NCBI GenBank assembly: GCA_028534125.1 | Contig: CM052817.1 | Location: 54,500,001 to 54,564,000 of the forward strand | Length of the DNA stretch: 64,000 nucleotides | Origin: Lama glama | Taxonomy: Eukaryota | Reading direction: 5' to 3' | Shown: positions 37,901-49,289 of the stretch, one piece after another | How positions within the stretch are numbered: position 1 is the stretch's first letter | Layout of the letters: every line of letters begins with the position of its first letter | Translations under genes and position numbers: made by a program | Notes under the pieces: model-generated | Databases searched by the model: none | Told to the model about the DNA's origin: nothing | What the model saw: the letters and a program-made list of their open reading frames with translations, nothing else

Positions 37901-39013
37901 ACTAATTCAGTTTTGCTGCAAGAATTGACCATGAAGAATGCCTTCAGATTTAAAAAGAATATCAACTTACTCGGCTAGATATTTCTATTGGAATAAAGAA
38001 TTAGAGGACAGGTATAATGATGTGCTTCTGGAAAAAAATTGTAGGACAACCTTACTTTTCTTTCCTCTCTGTTTTTCTACTAGAGGAAGAGTGAATTGGG
38101 GATAAAATATCTGTATTTCTTTGGAAAAGAGTCTCACAATGTAACAATTCTTGAGAGAGGACACAAAAATGGCCTAACAACCTTGAAAGTATTCTTTTAA
38201 AGTCTATTACATTCTGAAGTATTATTTCTTAATGGAAAGCTTTTTCCTTGCTTGATAGCTTTGATTTTCCAATATTGTGTATGATTGCCTGCCTTAGTGT
38301 GCAAATTCAAATTTCAAAAGGCATTTTATTTTTCTCCAAGAACATTCAGGTTGTGTTTTGCTTTGTGTTTTAACCTTGATTTCATTTCTAGTCAGAATAT
38401 TAGCATTTTAGGACATGACTTCAAGGTGTTTATATTATTCAAATTTTTATGTACCTTGATATAATTTTATTAATGATAAAATATATAAATATTTCTTTTT
38501 AATTGAATACATGGAATTTTAATGTGATTTCAAATATGTTGTAAATTACTCTAGTTTATAACTTTTTACTATTATTTATTGCCTTATAATTAGTTATATG
38601 CTATTGTAGTTTATTGAAGATATTAAAACTTCTGTTAACTAAAGGAGTAAAATTCTGAAACACTGTTATTTTGATCTGAGTACCTGTCACTTTCAGCCTT
38701 AGATTAAAGTGGAATAGTGCTAATATGTTAGATAAATCTGTCTTAGTCAAATGCTATGAACCTGATTAATTCCAGAAGGATCATCAAACTTGGATCATGG
38801 AACTGATGTAAGGTGAGGATTTTCTGCACTCCCAAATGTAACAATTAAGATAGTAATTCAAAAGGGGTACTTTAGAATGAGTAGTGTCTGAATCTGGTTG
38901 GGGTTTTCATAGTGCATTCTTCTAAATGAGAGTTATCTCCAGTGTAGCTGCAGATAGTAAGCAAAAGAGGTACAACTCCAGATGTGGCTAGAGTTTTATT
39001 TGATTTTCTGTAA

Positions 39014-39037
39014 GTGTGTGTGTGTGTGTGTGTGTGT
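39014..39037. repeat. (GT)n microsatellite
   Basis: Seen directly. Confidence 0.95.
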
Positions 39038-40714
39038 TAGCAAACTTGGAAGCCAGTATGACCGTCCTCTAACTTTTGATCATCAAGGGTCACCGGAGCA
39101 TATCTAACAAGTCTTCAGTCTCTTATCTCCACTTCTTAGTCACAGGACTTTTCAACTCACAAGAATTTTGAGAAGAGTTTTATATATATATCTTATTTTG
39201 GAGGGGAGAGGAGCAGTCTATAATTGTCCCAAAGCTTTCTTCTGTGACTGCTACATCACTTAGCTATCTTTTTGTGTCTTGTGATGATGATGCCTAAAAT
39301 CTTCTGGGAAGTAATGGTATCCAGTGCTCTTTCCTTCAAGAATTCTTATCCCAGCTCTAGTTTGCCTTATTATCTCTCTTTTCTGAATATCTAATGAGCT
39401 TGCAATCTCTATCACTCATTCAGTCTTGTTTTGAAACTATGTGTGTATATTTGTCTTATTTATTCAATAACATTTAAAGCTTCATATAAACTGAACCCAT
39501 TTTAATTTTTTCTCTCTTATTTTATCCAGCACGTAGTATAGCACTGGAATCATTCAGGTGTTCAAAAGACATCTGTCAGAATCAATTCCATCAAAATCTG
39601 AAAAGAGTGAGACATAACTTTTTAGAAAACAAAAACTTGTTTCCCATTTGACTTTTACAACACTTTTGGAAACACACCCATTTCCCATAGCTCTCAAACA
39701 TGAAATCTTATATAAGCCTTTGCTTTTATAGTTTCTCCCCCTGCAGTGATTTCAGCTGAATTCGATTTCTTTATTCTTTTTAGTGCCTGAGCCTGAATAA
39801 CATCATGCAGGAAATTTTAAATTAATTTCTTCTGGATTAATTTCTAAAGGTTATCTTTTTGTGGTGTAAAATTACACACTTTGTTAGTTTAAGCAAGTTC
39901 TCATTGTACCTAAAATCCTATAGTTCCTCCTTATCATCATGTGTATCAAATTTGAAAATTTTGCAAAATTTAATTTCTAGTCTTTTCATTGATCTTTTCT
40001 TGTCTTCATCTTTTACTATTAGCCTAATGTCTTTGCACCAAAGTGGCCAGTGAGGCCTTCTGGTTTCTATGTTCAGTCTTTCCTAGGTCCCAGAATATCA
40101 ACTTATTAATTTTCAGTGATAAATTTAAATATTGCATAGTGAGAACACCTGAGTTTGCATGATCATTGCACTTTCCTTTCTTGGTAATTGTCACGGGAAG
40201 TCATATTATAATCTAAGCCACTTATTAATTTGCCATAAGAAGCTATTGTCACAGAAACCCTAAATAATCTCAAATCCTTTTGATCAGCACATTCTTTCCC
40301 TGTTGCAGAACCACATGGGAAGCCAATTCCTAATCAGAAGTTTGCTTGGTAAGTGTGGAATTAGAACAGATGGCTTTAGATGATTCAAATATTTAATGGG
40401 TTGAGGCTAAGATTGCTTCTGAGCAACTGTACGCTTACAAGGTTTTCTAACTGTGTGTTCTGAAGCTGTAAAAGTAAAAGCTGTAAAAACTATCATACAG
40501 AAGCTACAGGTAGTTTCTTTAACGGGTAAAGACTTGAATACTCCTCTGGAGCTGAAAGTTCCTTCACTCTGGGAAAACCTCCTGAATGGACCTTTAATTG
40601 CACAAATGTAAAGCAGGAGTCATTTTTGAATTATGCATTGTTCTTGGAGAAAAATGTGAGGTAATTGTTCACCTAAATGAAAATGTTGTGGACTGAGAAG
40701 CTAAGTAGGCTGTT

Positions 40715-40890
40715 TGCTAATGTATGATTTTGCCTCTGTTTATGCAAGTTAGTGAACCTCTCCTAGCCTCAGTTTTTTCCTCAGTAAAATGGGGACATAA
40801 TATTTCATAAGATAAAGTAATGCAAGTAAACCTCTTCCAGTGGGGTCTTATATCTGGTAAGTGGCTTAGTATTAGTGATGAGTATGTTTC
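40715..40890 (+). mobile_element. MIR SINE fragment
   Basis: gcaagttagtgaacctctcctagcctcagttttttcctcagtaaaatggggacataata. Confidence 0.75.
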
Positions 40891-42319
40891 TGAGAATATC
40901 ACTGCTTTTAAAAGAAATATTTTATTTCTCTCTAGATTGGGACTGCACTTTGCCAGTAAACAAATTTTTGTTCTTCATGAAGATGTGCATCCTTTGTTTG
41001 GACAGAAGACTGCAGAATGAACTCCAAGGCTGACCCTTGCCTCTTGCAGGAGGACTGCATGTAAAGTACAGGGCTGCAAGGGCAACACAGAAACCGCTGT
41101 TGACTCTGCACATGACTAACCCAGATGGAGACAGTCACATGCACTACTGTGCTCTGACATCTCTGCCTGTTCCTGGAATGGAGGTTTTCTTGAATTGACT
41201 TTCCTGCTCACAACGATCTTTAATAGAGGAAGATTCTGGCACAGAAAATTAAAAGGTAAGCTTTTAAGTGAAGTGGAAGAGGAATTGATTTTTTGCTCTG
41301 ATTAACTGACTCTTTGGGTGTCTAGACGTAGACTTGAGTCGAGATTCTCCTGTGTGGTGTGGAGTCTAAGTCAGTCACTATTCCATGAAATTAGGTTGGG
41401 GCTAATGCCTATTGTGATCTGGGCAATCTTGCTGCCTATGAAAATGTATTCTTTTTTTTCCATTTGAACTGGAGTGTTGAGCAAATGATCAGTAAGCTGT
41501 ACTGCATTCCCAGCTTCTTTGCAGTTAGATATTGCCTCATGACTGAGATGCCCCTAGTGTAATGTGAGTGAAGTGATATTTCCCACTTGCAGACCTGGCC
41601 TGTTAGCCTCCTGAGCATTTTGCTATGCTCTTTCCTCCTTCTGCCTAACTTGCATGACAATAACCAGAGAGGTCTTGGAACTCATGTGTGTTGAAGATGG
41701 CAGAGTCGCCATCAGGCGAATCCCTGTATGTTGGCATGGAGAAAAGCCAGGGTTGCCCTGGAACTCCTATCTTGACTTTTATGAGAGAAAGATTATAGAT
41801 ATGTTTTTAAAACTGCTGAAATGTTGGTGTTTGTTTCAACCAATTTGCCTCTGGTAACCAATCCAGTTTGGGCTATGGTGTCACAGTCTGAAAAGTTGGA
41901 GAAATACATGATATCATGGCAAAACATTGGCATTTATTAAAACTATCTCCAACTATAATTTGGAATGTAGTCCACATGCTCGTATAGTTTTAGGTGTACT
42001 GGCTGGAAAGAGCTGGAATATTTGTATGTGTTGGCTGCTATTCATTGCTTCAAATGAGATATTACAGGAATTGGCTGGTTTGTGCACAGAGATTGAAGGG
42101 GAGAGAGAGAATTCACAGGTTAAGGGCCTTAACGGAGCTGGAAAAGCTAACTGCTTCTGAAACCCAAACAGGAAATAAGATATAAAAGGCTTCAAATGCA
42201 AAGGCCCAATAAGATGGCTAAGTTGAACTAAGCTCTTAGCCTTGCAGCAAAAATCAGGGAAAGAGTGATACCTCCCCACCCAACAGTTTTAGATGTCCTC
42301 AAGGTAGCTGTTGTTAAAT

Positions 42320-42359
42320 TCACACATGCACACACGTGCACACACACACACACACACAC
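42320..42359. repeat. (CA)n-type microsatellite
   Basis: cacacatgcacacacgtgcacacacacacacacacacac. Confidence 0.9.
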
Positions 42360-42794
42360 TTTGCACACTTTACAGGAAAATTAAAACAGATGAAATTTTG
42401 GGGGTGTGGTCCCTGCTACTTGGAAGGGACAAGAAATAAATAGACCAAAGACCTATTTAGTTTTTGAGGGAATTGTACTGCCAAAGAAACCAGAAGCCTC
42501 ACCTGAGAAAGCTTTTGATCCTCTGACCTGTAAGGAGGGCACATACTCAGAGTTGATTACAGATGTGCCATGGAGATGGTGGAGAGGCAAATCCAGAAAA
42601 ACCTCTCAGAAGGCAAATCCACAGGCTTTGGAGGATAGAAAAGGGAGCTTCTCCCAGGGAGCAGAATCACACCTAAAAAGAGCATCCTCTCTGTCACCAG
42701 GGCAATGTCTCACCCAATGCTAGCCCAGTGGGAGTGCATCATTTCAACAAACTATGGTTGTGGAATTTTCCCCAGTCTTCTCTTTAAAAGAAAT

Positions 42795-43605
42795 AGACAT
42801 TTTTTGTTTTCTATTTTAGAAATTTTAGGTTTATGGAAAAAGCAGAAAATACAGAATTCCTATGTACTCCCTCACCACCCGCCCTACTGTTAACATTGTC
42901 CATTAGTATAGCACAGTTCTTACAACTCATGAGTCAATTTTGTTACATTATTAACCAAATTCCATAGTTTACATTGGGACTCACTCTTTACATATTCTAT
43001 GGGTTTTGACAAATGTTTAATGACATATATCCACCATTATAATATCCTATAGAATAATTTCTACCCTAAAAATTCTCTGCACTCCACCTATTTATCTCTC
43101 CCTTTGTTCTCTAGCCTTACCACCACCACGACCCTTGTCCCACCCTAGCTTCTGGCAACCACTATTTTTACTGCTGTCATTATAGTTTTGCCTTTTCCAG
43201 AATGTGATATAGTTGTAGTCATACAGCATGTAGCCTTTTCAGATTGGCTTCTTTCATTTAACAATCTGCATTTCAGGTTTTACCATGTCTTTTCATGGCT
43301 TGATAGTTCCTGTTGTAATTCACTGGGTAATAGTCTATTGCATGGATGTACCACAGTTTGGTTAGCCATTCATCTATTGAGGGACATCTTGGTTGCTTCC
43401 AGTGTTTGGCAATTATGGATTATTCATGTGTAGGTTTTCATGTAGATGTAAGTTTTAAGCTCATTTATGTATACATCTAGAAGCTTTGTTGCTGGATCAT
43501 ACAGTAAGAATATATTTACTTTTGTAAGAATCTGCCAAACTGTCTTCTAAAATGGCTGAACCACTTTGCATGCCTACAGGTAATGAAAGAGCATTTCTAT
43601 TTCTC
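42795..43605 (-). mobile_element. L1MC-type 3' end inserted in the MaLR internal region
   Basis: ttttaggtttatggaaaa...aaatacagaattcc, tccatagtttacatt, ttgccttttccagaatgtgatatagttg...atacagcatgtagccttttcagattggcttctttcattta, ggacatcttggttgcttcca. Confidence 0.9.
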
Positions 43606-44599
43606 TATGTGTTCTCCTCCTTTTAATAGGTATTTTTCTTGTGATCATCCAGCTCCATCAACATTTATTGACTGAGGCTATGGCAGATAACATTTGTTAT
43701 TGGCCTCTATACCACTAAAAACAAAACAAAACAAAACATCCAGCCCTGGAGGAGAAACTTCACATTTCAGAGACACTGGACTTGGAACTAGTTGCAGCAA
43801 CTGGATAAGGTTTTGAATTGTCTCCTTGGGGAGGGAATGAGTCTATTTTATCTACTGACAAATCTTTGTTGGTCAGTAAGTGGACTGTGGTGGAGATGGC
43901 TGTCTGCCCCTCAGAACCTTCTCCCCCTTTCTTCCATTGTAATGAGGGATACATATGGCGAGCCAGCTACGCCGTGTCTCCCAAGTTTCTTTGCACTTAA
44001 TTAGGTGCTGTCCTGAGATTATGCTCTTCTAATGGTTCCACTGTTCTCCCATATGAGTAGGAGTAACGTGTGCCATGTTCCACTTCCGAGGCTGATTATG
44101 AAAACTCTGTGACATGCCCAGTCGTGTTCTTTCTCAACTTTTCTTTTGAGGGGGTGGGGGGTGCTGGAATAGTGATAATCAAAGGTGCCTAGAGGGACAC
44201 CAGAAACCATACATTATAAACGATCAAGCCCTGTCAGCCTGGGTCCCTGACTAATGGCATCAAGGAGAACTAACCTGCTCTTCCCCTGGACCGTTACATG
44301 AATGAGTAATGAACTTCTACTACATTTGAGCTAGGCTTGGTTCTATTCACAGTGGTAACTTGGTTCTGATTGTATCTATTCTAATTAATGCATAGGCATA
44401 ATGTGAAGTGCAATTTTCTTCTTGTCCTAGGCTCTCATTACACTGCCCATCTGTTTAAAAACTAATGGTCATGAACAAGGAGGTCACACTCTCACTCTAA
44501 AATCATTCTTTTCTGAGTGTTGTTGATGGTCTGAGATGTAACGTACTATAGAAGTAAAGCAATTGGCATCTGTTAGTTTCTTTACTACCTATACCTACC

Positions 44600-44790
44600 T
44601 ATATTTAAATGTCAGATTTTATTAACTAGGGGAAATTTCTTCAACTTTCTAAACTTTAGTTTACTTCTCTGAGTAAGGGGGAAAACAGTATGTATTTCAT
44701 ATGTTTATTGTAGAAATTAGTTGAAATAAATCTCGTCAATAATTAACATATGATTTGACACTTTCATGCTCAAGCAACATTAGCTACCAG
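44600..44790 (+). mobile_element. MIR SINE fragment
   Basis: ctaggggaaatttcttcaacttttctaaactttagtttacttctctgagtaaggggga. Confidence 0.5.
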
Positions 44791-45275
44791 CTAGCTCGTA
44801 ACTCTGTAAAGTTGGATTTTACACTCACATTGAGTGGAAAGTCTGGAATTTAAAATAAAATAAACAGAAAATCCTCCTGGGTGGAATACCTTTTGACTTT
44901 AGTCAGATGTGAGAAAATGAGGATGTATAAAAGACAGGGGTTTTGTTTGATTTCTGGGGGAATAGCCAATTCCTCCAAATAAAGTAAAATAATAGCACCT
45001 CCAACTGGGCTGAGAGTTTGTAAAGAGAATTGCTGAACCTCTCTATACTTGAAAATCCAGCAGTTAGGCAGATGCCAGCAGCAGCACTAAGGGGTAACAA
45101 CGAATTGCGAATGTGTACAAAGAGTTCAGCAACTGGCAACCACAATGAAAACTGCAGTGAGCATGTGTTACATGGAAGTTGTTGGCAGATTAAGTTCAGA
45201 AATCCAGCAGCAGCTGAAGCAGTGAAGACAATAAATAGTTTAAATTGGCAACCAAAACTTTCACCAAACACTTAC

Positions 45276-45284
45276 TTGCACATA
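45276..45284 (-). other. Candidate 9-nt microexon TATGTGCAA, host gene unknown
   Basis: Minus strand: ctctccttcacactctctctctttcacactcttgtcctcAG|TATGTGCAA|GTaagt, with 62 nt free of AG upstream of the acceptor and unique flanking sequence. Confidence 0.45.
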
Positions 45285-46169
45285 CTGAGGACAAGAGTGT
45301 GAAAGAGAGAGAGTGTGAAGGAGAGTGGGTATGGGGGTTATTGGGATTCTTAGGAAGGTCACAAAGCCCCAGTTTCTGGATTAACTAAACTATGCATCAC
45401 AGTGAAGGGCCTCTGCAAAGCCTCTCCGTAGCACCAATGAAGAAAACAGAAGAGCAGAGAAGCAGAGAACAATAAATCAAGACTTATTTTCAGAAGGAGG
45501 ACAGTGAAAAAAATTGGAGGGAAGAGACTTTCCAGTGTCCTAGGTAAGGAGGAATTGATGATTAAATCCAAACTCAAAAAGATATCTTACTCTTTGCCTG
45601 GTAAATTCATTTAAGGTAGGATTAAGACATTCTCAATTAAATTCCTCTTTGTTATAGTTCCCAATTTATATTTCTCATGGGAAATTATTCTATACTTAAA
45701 ACAAAGCAGAATTTGGACCCAAAGAAACATCTGGCTATTATAATGTCTAGTCAGTGATTAATATATTGAGTTAAATCTATCACTTCTTAACCTATAACAA
45801 AAAAGGAGATAAGCTTGAACAATCAAAGTTGAATTTAAATTCTTCTCTGGTATCCACATCAAGTGACGGTGGAAAATGAATCAAATTTAAGTGCAGAAAA
45901 ATAAATCTGTAGGTGAATAATTCAAAGAAGCAAGGATGCAATTTTTGTCTTATTATGTTATCTTTTCCTAAGAATGTAAACTTTTAGAGATCAGAGATAG
46001 TCTCTGATCTTCTGTTTGTTTTACAGCAGGATGGTCTAGTAAATGTTATTTTAGTTTTAGCCAGTCTATCTTGTCTCCTACTGTTTCCCAACATGAAGCT
46101 TCCAGTCCAAGAAGGCTGGCTGCTCCTTCTGCTTCACAACAGCCATACCCCTTGCTTCTGAGCATCCCC

Positions 46170-46485
46170 ACTGCCCACTTCTATGTTCGTACCATTCTCA
46201 GCCTTTCTGAAGCCTTTCGATTTTTCATTTTTCTCTTCTTCCAAAACCTTGCTTATTCTTCAGAGCCCAGTTTAAATCTTCTGACCACCTTCCTATCTTC
46301 GAACTTGTGTGTAACTTAGTTCTTTGAACTGCATAATTTAACACTTTATTTTATTTTATGGCCCTTTAAACATTTCATGTATGCAAATCATGTTTTGCCA
46401 ATAAGATGATACGTTCTTTGAATAAATAGTATAGGTCTTTCAGGTATGTGGTCGATATTCAATAAATATTTATTTATTGACTGTT
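46170..46485 (+). mobile_element. L2 3' end
   Basis: cttattcttcagagcccagtttaaatc and tail gatattcaataaatatttatttattga. Confidence 0.55.
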
Positions 46486-46607
46486 TAATGTGCATCCTAA
46501 TGCATATAAATAACTCTCAGGAAGTAATTATACAAAGGGGGACTCTCACTAAAAAAAATTGATGCAGAAGGAAGTTGAGCAGAGAATTGGATAAAAACAA
46601 AGCTTAC

Positions 46608-46658
46608 ATTAATGATAGCAAATGACGTGATTAACACCTTTTCTTGCAGCCTTGCAGC
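46608..46658 (-). other. Candidate 51-nt exon
   Basis: Minus strand: ttactttcctttatcaaatgcAG|51 nt|GTaagc. Only phase 0 is open (AARLQEKVLITSFAIIN). Confidence 0.25.
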
Positions 46659-47509
46659 CTGCATTTGATAAAGGAAAGTAATTTCTCCAAAGAACCAAAA
46701 GCTAAATTGAATGATTGAATTTAACTCCATAGTGTAAGGCTGTGTTAGTAGATTTTTAAAAAGATGACATTTGAGTGTATTTTAAGTGCAATACATCAAT
46801 CTGCCATTGAGCTAATGAACTTCAGTTAAAAATCACTGAGGAGTTTGGTACAGATGACTCCTTCAAGTATCCTTGGGGAGGCAAGATGCGTAGATAATTG
46901 AATAAAAATCTATCTTGACTGACCCTAATGACAACAATGTCCAACTCACATTACAAATCACCTGTAGTCTTTAATGGACTACTTTTTAATTGCTTTAGAA
47001 GTGTTAATAGTGAGTACAAGGGAGCAGAGTGTTTCTTATTTGTCTATTCTTCATCAATAAAATAAATTTCTAGTGGATTTTTCTTTTCTTTATCACTGGC
47101 AGTGTACAGTTAACTTCAGTAGTTCTAGTTTAAATTTCATCCAAGGAGAAAAACGCACGTTTGGTTGTCTTTTATTTTGCCTAATCTCTCTGTGTTTATG
47201 AATGCCTTGAGATTATGGAATCAAATTAGTTCAACCATAAAATGTAGGAATTAATGAGTAATTGGTGACTGTAAACTAATCAAATGGAAAATAAAACAAA
47301 AACACCTTTTCCTATGAGTTCTAATAGGGCTTCATCCAAGTTCACAGCTCAATTAAAATGTGATTTTCTGTTTTTCTGAAGGGACACATAAATGTTTAGA
47401 GACTGTTACACAAAATAAATATGTTTTTGAGAAAGGGTGAAAAATCATGTAACTGAACAACATTAAAATATGCAATAATATTAATAAAAACACAGAAACA
47501 ATAGCTAGA

Positions 47510-47797
47510 CTATTCAAATTAATGTTTGACCAAATACGATTTTGCAGTACATCATCAGAATTACTTGCACGCTTGAAATGCAGATTCCTAGATTACACCC
47601 CAGTTCTTCTAACTCAGAATTTCTGAGGGTGAATTGCAACAATCTATATTATAAAATAGCACCTCTGATGATTCTTTTTTTAAATATACTTTTATTAAAG
47701 TACAGTCAGTTTACAATGTGTCAATTTCTGACATACAGTGCAATACTTCACATAGGATGATGATTCTTATAAATGCAAGAATTAGAAAACTATTAGA
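47510..47797. mobile_element. MER5-like hAT-Charlie MITE split by a short L1
   Basis: catcagaattacttg...aaatgcagattcct...caccccag...aactcagaatttctgagggtg...tgatgattct. Confidence 0.7.
47677..47757 (-). mobile_element. Very short artiodactyl-type L1 3' stub
   Basis: ttttattaaagtacagtcagtttacaatgtgtcaatttctgacatacag between perfect direct repeats tgatgattctt (47666-47676, 47758-47768). Confidence 0.85.
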
Positions 47798-48119
47798 ATC
47801 CACTTCATTACTTAATTCTCAACTTTAAAATATGTGTAGAAAAATAGACATCACACTCTTAATAGCATTAATTCCTGACTGCAATGTTGAAAGAGGGCAA
47901 ACTCTCACATTTTGATCATAGATCTTTGCATCACTTTCCCCTCAAATCTGGCATCTTGCAGTAATAGAGAAAATAAATGCAATCTGATGGCTTCTGCTAT
48001 CATGAGTTTCATTTTGTCTGTAGACCCTCCCACCCCCAATCATTTGCTTAAGAGGGGCATATTGGGGAAATTGTGGTGTTGTAGTAGTTAAGGAGTCTAG
48101 GGTTTCAAATCTAGGATTT

Positions 48120-48497
48120 AGATGACTCAGGAACCCATAACAGAATACCACAGACTGGGTGGTTTAAACAATAGGAATTTGTTTTCTCACAGTTCTAGAG
48201 GATAGAAGTCCCAGATCAAGGTAGGGCAGGGTAATTTCCCATGAGGCTGTCTTCTTGGCTTGTAGAAAGGCCACTTTGTCCTTACATGTCCTTTCCTCTG
48301 AACATGGGCAGAGAGATACAGCATATATGAGCTCTGTTCTGACTCATCTTAAAAGGGCACTAAACCTGTTAGATCAGGGCCCCATCCTTATGACCTCATT
48401 TAACCTTAATTACTTTCTTGCTCCAAATACAGTCGTACTGAGTGTTAGGGCTTCAATATATGAATTATGGGGAGACACAAACACTCAGTCCCTAACA
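48120..48497 (-). mobile_element. MaLR solo LTR (MLT1A/B-like)
   Basis: cataacagaataccacagactgggtggtttaaacaa...ttctcacagttctagagg...atgacctcatttaaccttaattac...agggcttcaatatatgaatt...cagtccctaaca. Confidence 0.9.
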
Positions 48498-49289
48498 AAG
48501 ATCATCTGATGTATCTGAGTGAGCCATGGGAGGTAGGGAGGAATGAAATGAGTATCTTTGCCAAAATCCTTGAAGATAAGCTGTGAATCAAAATGTAGAG
48601 ACCAAATGACGAAGTTTATGGGGGTAGAAATAAGATAATAGAAGTAACATAGATGAGGCATAAAGATTAGGAGGAGTAGGATTAACGTGAGAAGGAACCA
48701 GAAAGATGAACACAATCACACTGGATTTAGAGGCTAACAATTTGATAGTAGAAAGGGGTCCAGCTAACTTAAAGTTTCAGTGTTATGGGCTCAAGTGTCA
48801 TAAATGGTCCCAAGTTTGTTAACTTTTTCATTGTTCATCTTTCTAAATAACAAAATTAAAATAATATTAATCTGTATTTTAAAGAATTGTGATGCTTAGT
48901 TTAGTATAAATGCAATGAATTTACTGTTGAAAGATCAAATTGTTGATTGTAAATATTTCTGAATAAAACATAGTCTGTTAAGAGGTATAAAAACAATATA
49001 ACTCAGAAACATCTGTAGTGAAAATCTGGAATGATCTTGTTATATTCAGGGACATAAATGGCTAAACTTAGTTCATCTAGAAAAAAAATCTCTAGTGGGA
49101 AAAATATAGAGAAGTTAGATATCTTGAATTTTCTCTTTTCACCCTATCACTTTCTCTTTTCCTCTGGATGTAGGTTTGTGGGATAGGAAGGATCTTGTTG
49201 ACCCAGACAAATGAAGACTTTGTTATATATGCGGGCTGGTGGCAATTTCTGCTGCTTCCTTTCCTGATCAGCTATGGTCTTCCCTGCCC

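Larger units (their letters stand above)
41400..44391 (+). mobile_element. Near-complete MaLR (MLT1J-like) provirus: 5' LTR about 41400-41865, internal region about 41866-43885, 3' LTR about 43886-44391, interrupted by L1
   Basis: Both ends carry MLT1J-like motifs (ttcccagcttctttgcagttag / tctcccaagtttctttgcactt; tgtgttgaagatggcagag; agcctgggtccctga). The interior has MLT1-int-like motifs tggcaaaacattgg, gtgttggctgctatt, ctggacttggaactagttgcag, tctccttggggaggg. Confidence 0.65.
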
